DNA of 37,812 nucleotides, taken from an uncultured Aquificales bacterium (GTDB lineage Bacteria; Thermosulfidibacterota; Thermosulfidibacteria; Thermosulfidibacterales; Thermosulfidibacteraceae). Position numbers and translations under genes: made by a program. A model generated the notes under the pieces. The model saw only the letters and a program-made list of their open reading frames with translations. It ran no database searches and had not been told where the DNA came from. Shown here piece after piece: positions 30,668 to 37,812 of the stretch (positions within the stretch are counted from its first letter, which is position 1; every line of letters begins with the position of its first letter). The stretch lies in NCBI GenBank assembly GCA_964411615.1, contig CAYPLO010000005.1, positions 5,828-43,639 of the forward strand. The letters are read 5' to 3'.

Positions 30668-32190
30668 GGTTGCGTGATGTACTGATAGTATTGGTGCTTT
30701 CCGCATCTCTTCTGCTTCCGAACCTGGGGAGGGTCTCTCTGTGGAACAACAACGAGCCCAGGTACGCCCATACCGCCCGTAATATGATTCTGACGGGAGA
30801 TTACTTGGTTCCACGCCTCAAGGGGGAGATAAGGTACGATAAGCCCATACTAACCTACTGGCTGATAGTGACCTCATCCAAGATTGTTTCAGGGGGCAGA
30901 GTCACCGAGTTCTCCGCCAGGCTACCCTTCGTCATCTGCGGCATGCTCTGTCTGGTTGTTGTTTATCTCTTTGGGGAGGCCCTCTTCTCTCCTGAGGTGG
31001 GGCTTATGGGGTCCATCTTGCTTCTTCTCACCAACGAGTTCGTCATAACCGCCAGAAGGGCACTTCCCGACATGGCCCTCTGTCTGTTCATAACCCTGGC
31101 GGTCCTTCTGCTTTACCTCGGCTTGGAAAGGAGGGGGTTCATCCCGTGGGCCTGGCTGGCCTGTGCCTTTGCCTTTCTCACCAAGGGGCCCGTTGGGGTT
31201 CTCATACCCTTTGCTGTGCTGGGGCTGTACACCTCTGTTAATGGTAATTTGAGGGATTTTCTCTTTGAAAGACGGCATCTTTTCGGATTTATTCTCTTTG
31301 TGGCTGTGGCCCTTCCCTGGTTCGTGGCTGCGGACCACGGCTTTCTGGCCAAGTTTCTGCTGATGCACAACATTAAGCACTTCGCAAAGGGGCTTGACCA
31401 TGTGAAACCCTGGTACTTCTACTTCCTTGCCGCTCCCTTCTGCTTTGCCCCTGTTGTCCTCTTCTGGCCCTCCTACTTTAGAAGGTGGAGGTCCCTTCCC
31501 TTCATCTGGGCTTCCTTCGTTTTTCTCTTCTTCACCATGGCCGCTGCCAAGAGGGTGGTCTACCTATTGCCTATGGCTCCTCCCCTTGCCCTCATGGCAG
31601 CCCATGTGTGCCACAGGGTTGTGACCGGTGAGGCCGAAGGGGTTGAGAGAATAAGCTTCAACGTTGTTGTCTTCTCCTGCATAGGAGCCCTGCTGGTATC
31701 CCCTGTCCTGTCCGTTCTGGTGTTTAAGTACCGTCCCCCTCTTTTTGCCGCTTCCCTCGTGGTGCTTGGGGCCGTGGTTGCCATGTTCGTTGCCGTTAGG
31801 GGAGGCCACAGTCTCAGGTTCTGGACCCTTGTCTCTCTTCTGTTCTTCTCCTATCTCGTTTACTTCGGCTGGGTGCTTCCCGACTACGATGCCAGGTTCA
31901 GGGATGCCCGCCCCCTTGCAGAGGCCATTACGGCTCAGGTGGGAAGCGCTCCCCTTTACAGGCTCGGCTCCTACGATGCCGCCCTTGAGTTCTACCTTGG
32001 GAGGCCCTTTGTGCCGAAGGTTGGCTGCTCTTCCCTCGGGAGACTGAATGGTGCCTTTGTGGTGGGGCGGGTTAAAGACTACCGCCGTTGCATGAAGGAG
32101 GTGAAAGGGGTAAGGCTGCACAGGGTATTTGTGATGTCCAACAGGGGGAGGGATTTTGTCCTTTTCAGGGTTGGCGGAGAGGGCAGGTAG
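30664..32190 (+). CDS. ArnT-like GT-C fold polyprenyl-phosphate-sugar glycosyltransferase (GT83/GT39 type), copy 1
   Basis: SLWNNNEPRYA...M..TGDYLVPRL.G...DKP.L.YWL, EFSARLP, LTKGP, HVKPWYFY, KRVVYLLP. Multi-pass membrane protein with a soluble C-terminal domain. Confidence 0.9.
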   Translation: MRLRDVLIVLVLSASLLLPNLGRVSLWNNNEPRYAHTARNMILTGDYLVPRLKGEIRYDKPILTYWLIVTSSKIVSGGRVTEFSARLPFVICGMLCLVVVYLFGEALFSPEVGLMGSILLLLTNEFVITARRALPDMALCLFITLAVLLLYLGLERRGFIPWAWLACAFAFLTKGPVGVLIPFAVLGLYTSVNGNLRDFLFERRHLFGFILFVAVALPWFVAADHGFLAKFLLMHNIKHFAKGLDHVKPWYFYFLAAPFCFAPVVLFWPSYFRRWRSLPFIWASFVFLFFTMAAAKRVVYLLPMAPPLALMAAHVCHRVVTGEAEGVERISFNVVVFSCIGALLVSPVLSVLVFKYRPPLFAASLVVLGAVVAMFVAVRGGHSLRFWTLVSLLFFSYLVYFGWVLPDYDARFRDARPLAEAITAQVGSAPLYRLGSYDAALEFYLGRPFVPKVGCSSLGRLNGAFVVGRVKDYRRCMKEVKGVRLHRVFVMSNRGRDFVLFRVGGEGR

Positions 32191-33106
32191 CAGGTGGTTC
32201 TCCCTTCTGCTGGGGCTGGTCCTCCTTGTGGCCTTGGCCCTTCAGCTGGATGTCCACAGGCTGGGTGAACTTCTCACCGGCGTTAACGGCCTGTTGCTGG
32301 CTGTAGCCTTTCTCTTCTATTTCGTCTCCTACCTGCTGAGGGCGCTCAGGTGGCTGCTTCTTCTGGGGGAGGGGTTGGGGTTGGTTGAGTGGCTGCACAT
32401 AGTTGTTCTTCATACCGTTGCCAACAATCTTCTGCCCTTCAGAAGCGGAGAGCTTTCCTTCCCCTACTTCTGCAAAACCCTTTACGGTATCTCCCTTGAC
32501 GATTCTATCGCGGCTCTTCTCAGCGCCAGGGTGGCGGACCTCTTCTCCTTGGGCCTTGTTGGGTGTGTGGCCCTGGTGTTCGTGGGGGTTATGTCTCCCT
32601 GGATGCTTCTGGGTATCCTTCTTGTTCCGGCCTGTTTCGTGCTGGTGAGGTTTTCCGAAAGGCTGGTCAGTTTTCTGTCCCGCACAGTTTTCAAGAGGGA
32701 TGTCCGTATTGAGGCGATTTCTCCTGTTCGCTTCCTGCTGCTCTTTTTCGCCTCTCTTCTCATCTGGTTTGTGAAGTTCTTCTCCTTCTACCTGATGGTT
32801 CTTTCCTTCGGGAAGTCCCTGGGCCTGGGGTACTGGCAGGTTGTTGTGGCCAGCATCGCTTCGGAGGTGGCTGCTGCCCTTCCCATTCAGAGCCTTGCAG
32901 AGTTCGGCCTCTTTGAGGCTGGCTGGGCGGGTCCTCTTATGGCCATGGGGATTGACAGACACCTGGCGGTGACCCTCGGTTTTGCCGTCCACCTGACCTT
33001 TCTGCTGTTTTCGGTTGTTATGGGCATCCCTGTTTATGCATTGACCATTATACGCTGGAGGAGTAGCCGTGGAGAGGATAAGGGTGGGGCTTGTAGGGTG
33101 CGGTAA
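32156..33106 (+). CDS. Lysylphosphatidylglycerol-synthase-TM/UPF0104-family membrane protein (candidate flippase)
   Basis: LRALRW.LLL, ANNLLPFRSGE, R..DL and LPI....FGLFEAG motifs typical of the family. Roughly 8 TM segments. TTG start with SD GGGGAGGG. Confidence 0.8.
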   Translation: MSFSGLAERAGSRWFSLLLGLVLLVALALQLDVHRLGELLTGVNGLLLAVAFLFYFVSYLLRALRWLLLLGEGLGLVEWLHIVVLHTVANNLLPFRSGELSFPYFCKTLYGISLDDSIAALLSARVADLFSLGLVGCVALVFVGVMSPWMLLGILLVPACFVLVRFSERLVSFLSRTVFKRDVRIEAISPVRFLLLFFASLLIWFVKFFSFYLMVLSFGKSLGLGYWQVVVASIASEVAAALPIQSLAEFGLFEAGWAGPLMAMGIDRHLAVTLGFAVHLTFLLFSVVMGIPVYALTIIRWRSSRGEDKGGACRVR

Positions 33107-34109
33107 TATGGGAAGAAGGCATGCTCAGGTTCTGGGCAGGATAGATGTGGTCCAGGTGGTGGCTGTGTGTGATGTTGACAGGGAACGTGCCAGGGCCCTC
33201 GGGGAGGAGCTGGGAGTTCCATGGTTTTCGGATAGTGCGGAGATGGTGGAGGCGGTTGACCTTGATGTGGTGGAGATACTCACCCCGCCAGATACACATG
33301 GCTCTATAGCCCTTAGGCTTTTGGACCTTAAGCCCGTCCATCTTGTGGTGGAGAAGCCCCTTGCCCTCTCCCTGGATGAGGCCATGAGTATGGTGAAGGC
33401 CGCCAGGGAGAAGGGGGTCTATCTGGTCACCGTCTATCAGAACAGGGCCAACGAGGCCGTTAAGAGGCTCAGGGAGGTTCTGGAGTCTGGAGGTGCGGGA
33501 GTGCCCGTTCTTGGCTCCTTCAACCTCTACTGGTGCAGGTATCAGGACTACTACCGGCAGTATCCCTGGAGGGGGAAGTGGGCCTGTGAGGGTGGGGTTC
33601 TCGCCAACCAGGGGGCCCACTTTGTGGATATGCTCTGCTGGCTTCTGGGGGACGTGGAGGAGGTGTTTGCCCTGTGCGGCAGACGGCTGATAGATATGGA
33701 GGCGGAGGACACTTTGGTTGCCAGTGTCAGGTTCTCAAGCGGTGCCCTGGGCTCCATGCAGGCCACCGTGTGTGCGAGGCCGAGGAATATTGAGGGTTCT
33801 GTCACTCTGCTCTTTGAGAGAGGCGCAGTTAAGCTGGGAGGCAAGGCCATGGAGAGGGTGGAGTTCAGCACCCTTGACGGCGTCCCTGCCGGTCTGAGCA
33901 ATCCCGAAGAGCCCTTCTACTCCCACTGGTCCTACCTGACGGAGGTGTACAGGGTTATTGCGGGACTTGAGGAGCCCAGTTGTGTGGCCCTTTACGAGGA
34001 GGGACTCAGGTCCCTGGAGGTCATACACGGGGCCTATGAATCCTGTGAGCTTGGAAGGCCCGTGAATCTGCCCTTTACCCCTGTGGCTTCTAAGCTGGGG
34101 AGGTCATGA
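33069..34109 (+). CDS. Gfo/Idh/MocA NAD-dependent oxidoreductase, WlbA/WbpB-like sugar-nucleotide 3-dehydrogenase
   Basis: VGLVGCGNMG, TPPDTH, VVEKPLA, YQNR, W.R.QDYY....WRG.W...GG...NQ..H.VD...W and PRNIEGSVT, as remembered from WlbA-type enzymes. GTG start with SD GGAGGAG. Confidence 0.8.
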   Translation: MERIRVGLVGCGNMGRRHAQVLGRIDVVQVVAVCDVDRERARALGEELGVPWFSDSAEMVEAVDLDVVEILTPPDTHGSIALRLLDLKPVHLVVEKPLALSLDEAMSMVKAAREKGVYLVTVYQNRANEAVKRLREVLESGGAGVPVLGSFNLYWCRYQDYYRQYPWRGKWACEGGVLANQGAHFVDMLCWLLGDVEEVFALCGRRLIDMEAEDTLVASVRFSSGALGSMQATVCARPRNIEGSVTLLFERGAVKLGGKAMERVEFSTLDGVPAGLSNPEEPFYSHWSYLTEVYRVIAGLEEPSCVALYEEGLRSLEVIHGAYESCELGRPVNLPFTPVASKLGRS

Positions 34110-35632
34110 GGGAGGTTGCTCTGACGCTTATTGTGGCGGCAGTCCTCCTCTTTGTGGGGCTTGGAAGGGTTGACCTCTGGGCTCCTGATGAGCCCAGATA
34201 CGCCGAGGTGGCAAGGGAGATGGTGATAACGGGGGATTACGCCGTTCCCCACCTTAACGGGGAAGTTTACGATAGGAAGCCTCCCCTTCTGTTCTGGATG
34301 TCGGCTCTCTCCTTTAAGCTCATGGGGGTGAGCGAGGGGGCTGCCAGGTTTCCCGTTGCCGTGACAGCCTTTCTCACCGTTGTGGTGGTACTTGCGGGGG
34401 GCTGGCTCCTCTTTGATGTGGATGTTGGAGTTGTGGCGGCTCTGGTTCTGACCACCACCTACTGGTTTGTGTGGCTGGGAAGAAGGGTGAAGATGGACGT
34501 TCCTGTGACCTTATTCACAACGTTGGCCATACTCCTCTTCTTCATGGCTTACAGGAGGAACAGAAGCTGGCTTTACATACCGGCCTTTATCTCTGTCGGG
34601 GTGGGAGGTATTGCCAAGGGGCCTGTGGCCTTCTCCGTTCCCTTCATCACCATGGTTCTGTTCCATGCTATTATTAGGGACTTTGGATTTCTCAGGAAAA
34701 AGGCCTTCTGGTTTGGCCTTCTGTTGTCCCTTCTTGTGTATCTCTTCTGGATGGTTCCTGCCTCCTTAAAGTACGGGTTCTCCTACGTTGTCAGTCAGGT
34801 TTACTCAAGGACCTCGGCCCTCTTTTTGCATACGAAGGTGCATAAGCACGGTTTCCTTTACTACTTCATCCACTTTCCGCTGAACACCCTCCCCTGGGTT
34901 CTTCTCTTTCCCGCAGCATTGAAAAGGTGCCTTGACTGCAGGGAAAAGGAGGAGTTCCTGCTTCTGCTCTGCTGGTTTGTGGGAAACTTCCTCTTCTTCT
35001 CCCTGGCCAAGACCAAACGAAGCACCTACCTTATACCCATCTATCCCGCCTATGCCCTCATGGTTGCCGCATACCTTAAAGATGCTGGAAGCCACGTTGT
35101 GGAGAGGTTCTCAAGGATTGTGGCGGGCATGGCTCTTATGGTCTCTCTATTGGGCCTGCTCTTTTCCCTTTACAACTCCTCTATTGCCGGGGTTGTTGGG
35201 GGCCTCGCCCTTGGGCTGGCAACTTTCATCTTCTACAGGCGGCGCTATACCGGTCTGTGGGGTGTGTCCACCCTACTTGCCCTTACCCTCCTTCTGGCTC
35301 TGAACCTTTGGGTTCCACTGTATAATCCCTGCAAGTCTGTGAAGGAGGTCTCTTTGAGGGCAAGGAAGCTCGTTGATAAGGGGCACACCCTCTACCTTTA
35401 CGGCATAGGCAACAGCCACGCTGGCGGCTTCAACTTTTACACGGGGATAGTTCCCATTCCCCTGCTCGGCAGGGGCGAGAATATGTGCGTTCACAGGGGT
35501 GGGGTCTTCATAACCAAGGGAAGGTACTTTGATAGGTTGATAAAGAGGTTTAACGTTGAGAAGATTTACCAGCAGCCCTGTGGCCATAGATTTGTGCTGT
35601 TCAGATGCAAACCTGATGGAGGTGGGACATGA
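34106..35632 (+). CDS. ArnT-like GT-C fold polyprenyl-phosphate-sugar glycosyltransferase (GT83/GT39 type), copy 2
   Basis: DLWAPDEPRYAEVAREMVITGDYAVPHLNG...KPPLLFW, AARFP, IAKGP, HKHGFLYY, LPW, KRSTYLIPIYP. Confidence 0.92.
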   Translation: MREVALTLIVAAVLLFVGLGRVDLWAPDEPRYAEVAREMVITGDYAVPHLNGEVYDRKPPLLFWMSALSFKLMGVSEGAARFPVAVTAFLTVVVVLAGGWLLFDVDVGVVAALVLTTTYWFVWLGRRVKMDVPVTLFTTLAILLFFMAYRRNRSWLYIPAFISVGVGGIAKGPVAFSVPFITMVLFHAIIRDFGFLRKKAFWFGLLLSLLVYLFWMVPASLKYGFSYVVSQVYSRTSALFLHTKVHKHGFLYYFIHFPLNTLPWVLLFPAALKRCLDCREKEEFLLLLCWFVGNFLFFSLAKTKRSTYLIPIYPAYALMVAAYLKDAGSHVVERFSRIVAGMALMVSLLGLLFSLYNSSIAGVVGGLALGLATFIFYRRRYTGLWGVSTLLALTLLLALNLWVPLYNPCKSVKEVSLRARKLVDKGHTLYLYGIGNSHAGGFNFYTGIVPIPLLGRGENMCVHRGGVFITKGRYFDRLIKRFNVEKIYQQPCGHRFVLFRCKPDGGGT

Positions 35633-36735
35633 AGGTTCCTCTTCTGGATTTGAGAAGGGAATGGGAGGAGATAGAGGGGGAGGTGAGAGAAGGGTGGGAT
35701 AGGGTGCTCTCCACCATGAGGCTTCTCAACGGAGAGAACGTGGAGCTGTTTGAGAGGGAGATGGCGGAGTATCTCGGTTGCAGGTACGTTCTGGGGGTTG
35801 CTTCTGGAACCGATGCCCTTATGCTTTCTTTAATCGCCTGCGGGGTGGGTGAGGGTGATGAGGTGCTGGTTCAGGCCAACGCCTTTGCGGCGGATGTGGA
35901 GGCGATAAAGTGGGTGGGTGCCGTTCCCGTTCCCGTGGATATAACCGAGGATTACGGCCCCGATTTTGACGCCATTGATGAGGTTATATCCCCTAAAACC
36001 AGGGCCTTCTTGGTGGTTCATATGTACGGCAGACCCGTCGATATGGACAGGGTTATGGAGGTCTGCACCCGTCACAACCTCATCCTCATAGAGGATGCCT
36101 CCCATGCCCACGGCGCCATGTTCAAGGGAAAGAAGGTTGGGACCTTTGGAAAGGCCGGGGCATTCAGCTGTGGTGTTGTTAAGAACCTTGGTGCCCTTGG
36201 GGATGCTGGATTTGTTGCCACAGACGACCCTGAGGTTGCCCATAAGGTGAAGTACCTCAGGGTGCACGGTCAGGTGACCAAGAATGACCACAAGTTCTAC
36301 GGTTTCAACAGCAGGCTGGATGAGTTGCAGGCGGTTGTGCTCAGGGTGAAACTGAGGAGGCTGGACGAGAAGAACCGCATGAGGAGGGAGATAGCTGTCA
36401 GGTACCGTGAGGCCTTCAGGGATGTTGATGGGCTTATCCCCTTCCCTCCCGACGATAATTTGAGATTCACCGTGTATCACAGATACGTGGTAAGGACCCC
36501 CAAGAGGGATGAGCTGAGGGAGTTTTTGAAGGGGAGGGGCATAGGCACTGGAATACACTATCCCCTGCCCATTCACAGACAGGAGGCCTGGAGGCTGGAA
36601 GGTTATCCCTCCCGCAGTCTGCCCGTGTCAGAGCGCATATGTGATGAGATACTCTCTATTCCCCTTTTTCCCGAAATGAGGGAGGATGAGGTGGATTACG
36701 TGATAGAATCGGTCAGGGAGTTCTTCGGAGGTTAG
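35629..36735 (+). CDS. DegT/DnrJ/EryC1/StrS-family PLP-dependent sugar aminotransferase
   Basis: VPLLDL, VASGTDAL, VHMYG, IEDASHAHGA, FSCGVVKNLGALGDAG (PLP Lys185), GFNSRLDELQA, GIHYPLPIHRQ, ILSIPLFP. Confidence 0.93.
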   Translation: MKVPLLDLRREWEEIEGEVREGWDRVLSTMRLLNGENVELFEREMAEYLGCRYVLGVASGTDALMLSLIACGVGEGDEVLVQANAFAADVEAIKWVGAVPVPVDITEDYGPDFDAIDEVISPKTRAFLVVHMYGRPVDMDRVMEVCTRHNLILIEDASHAHGAMFKGKKVGTFGKAGAFSCGVVKNLGALGDAGFVATDDPEVAHKVKYLRVHGQVTKNDHKFYGFNSRLDELQAVVLRVKLRRLDEKNRMRREIAVRYREAFRDVDGLIPFPPDDNLRFTVYHRYVVRTPKRDELREFLKGRGIGTGIHYPLPIHRQEAWRLEGYPSRSLPVSERICDEILSIPLFPEMREDEVDYVIESVREFFGG

Positions 36736-36737
36736 CG

Positions 36738-37613
36738 ATGAAGGTCTCTGTGGTTATTCCCATACATAACGAGGAGGAGAACATAAAGCCCCTTTACAAG
36801 GAGCTGAAGGAAGTTCTGGAGTCTCTGGGGACTGATTACGAGATAGTCTATGTGAACGATGGAAGCACCGATGGCAGTCTCAGGATTTTGAAGGAGCTGA
36901 AGGAGAGGGACGGTAGAGTGAGGGTCATCAACATGGACAGGAACAGGGGGGAGGCCGTTGCCCTGACGGTTGGATTCAAATGTGCAAGAGGGGACGTTAT
37001 AGTGACCATGGACGGTGATGGGCAGAACGACCCCAGGTTTATCCCTCAGCTGCTGGAGAAACTTGAGGAAGGGTACAGCGTTGTTTCGGGAAGGAGGGTG
37101 GACAGGAAGGAGCCGTTGCTTACGAGAAGGCTTCCCTCTGCTATTGGCAACAGGCTCATATCTCTGATTACGGGGGTGAAAGTTAGAGATGTTGGATGCG
37201 GGCTTAAGGCGTATAGGGCACATATTCCCAAGAGGGTCAACATACCTCCTGGCTTCCACAGGTTCCTGCCGGCGGTGCTGGGGGTGAAGGACGGGGAGGT
37301 TGCCGAGGTTGATGTGGTTGACAGACCGAGGCTTCACGGCAGTTCCCATTACAACCTCAAGAGGACCTTTGAGGTGCTGAGGGAGCTTGTCACCTTTCCC
37401 TTTGTGGTGGGTTCCCCGGCTCAGGGGGTAAAAACGTTGAGGATAGCTCTCATCTCCTATCTGTTTCTGTTCTTAGTGGCCGTTTTTGGTGGGTGCCTTG
37501 CCTCTTTGCTATTTTCCGCGCTTTTCGCAGCCGTATCGTGGGTGGCCTACAGAAATGCCAAGAGGTTTCTCAGATTTCAGGAGGAGCCCGACTTCTCTTA
37601 TCAGGAGGTTTGA
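36738..37613 (+). CDS. GT2 polyprenyl-phosphate glycosyltransferase (ArnC/GtrB/DPM-synthase-like)
   Basis: SVVIPIHNEEEN, VNDGSTDGS, TMDGDGQNDP (DxD), SGRRVDR, DVGCGLKAYR, HRFLP, RPRLHGSSHY and two C-terminal TM helices. Confidence 0.92.
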   Translation: MKVSVVIPIHNEEENIKPLYKELKEVLESLGTDYEIVYVNDGSTDGSLRILKELKERDGRVRVINMDRNRGEAVALTVGFKCARGDVIVTMDGDGQNDPRFIPQLLEKLEEGYSVVSGRRVDRKEPLLTRRLPSAIGNRLISLITGVKVRDVGCGLKAYRAHIPKRVNIPPGFHRFLPAVLGVKDGEVAEVDVVDRPRLHGSSHYNLKRTFEVLRELVTFPFVVGSPAQGVKTLRIALISYLFLFLVAVFGGCLASLLFSALFAAVSWVAYRNAKRFLRFQEEPDFSYQEV

Positions 37614-37812
37614 GGTGTCACCTTCTCCCACTCAAAGCCCACGATGTTCCTTTCAGACTTGCTGAACTCTACACCTACAAGGTAGATTTCTTCGCACTTT
37701 CCAGCGTATTTTTCGTGGTATTTTTTCGCTTTTAGCTGCTGAAGAGCTTTTCCCTGAGGCTCAAGCTCCACAACCTTGAACTCAAAAAGATAGCACCTGT
37801 TTCCAAAAAGCA
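37601..37812 (-). CDS. C-terminal fragment of an AAA-ATPase-like / PD-(D/E)XK nuclease protein (PDDEXK_9/DUF1703 type), truncated by the window edge
   Basis: Own translation of the minus strand, absent from the ORF track: ...LFGNRCYLFEFKVVELEPQGKALQQLKAKKYHEKYAGKCEEIYLVGVEFSKSERNIVGFEWEKVTPQTS*. EFK, ALxQxxxKxYxxKY and GVEFS..ERNI are typical of this family. Stop at 37603-37601. Confidence 0.82.
   Translation of the reverse strand, partial: LFGNRCYLFEFKVVELEPQGKALQQLKAKKYHEKYAGKCEEIYLVGVEFSKSERNIVGFEWEKVTPQTS

Noticed and set aside
30664..37613. Calling the cluster a canonical arnBCADTEF operon or an O-antigen locus
   Set aside because: No ArnA, ArnD or ArnEF, and no Wzx/Wzy, Wzm/Wzt, initiating transferase or GT4 genes. 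Gene symbols were therefore withheld.
37493..37735. 80-aa plus-strand ORF at the right end
   Set aside because: It overlaps the GT2 gene and lies antisense to the recognisable PD-(D/E)XK C-terminus. No motif.
1..37812. tRNA/rRNA genes, CRISPR arrays, IS elements, prophage genes, CIRCE boxes, frameshifts or stop-codon recoding
   Set aside because: No intergenic space could hold them, no repeats or transposase/integrase motifs were seen, and all recognised genes appear full-length in a single frame.

Overview
A very compact chromosomal region from a diderm bacterium, probably a thermophile. AGG-Arg and ATA-Ile codons are heavily used, coding strands are purine-rich and gene order resembles deltaproteobacteria; the taxonomic reading is an inference. 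It holds 36 complete CDSs, all on the + strand and mostly overlapping. In order: cysteine synthase, mfd, SurA-like PPIase, a small AT-rich secreted ORF, cysE, dksA, epmA, dxr, amidohydrolase, argS, SPOR protein, LppC/LpoA-like protein, TetR-EmrAB-type efflux, tig-clpP-clpX-lon, mlaE-F-D-A-C, a cytoplasmic hybrid histidine kinase, ribBA-ribH-nusB-der-mltG, and a six-gene envelope glycosylation cluster at 30664-37613. The window ends in a convergent, partial AAA-ATPase/PD-(D/E)XK gene that the ORF track missed. The best candidate for an undescribed system is the terminal cluster: a WlbA/WbpB-type sugar-nucleotide 3-dehydrogenase, a DegT aminotransferase with an atypical active-site loop, an ArnC-like polyprenyl-phosphate glycosyltransferase, a UPF0104-type flippase candidate and two ArnT-like GT-C transferases, one with D->N in the DE motif. 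It has the logic of the Arn pathway but apparently delivers a 3-amino sugar rather than Ara4N, and has no formylation/deformylation genes. I recognised no RNA genes, CRISPR arrays, IS elements or clear intrinsic terminators. All family calls come from reading motifs, not from database searches.
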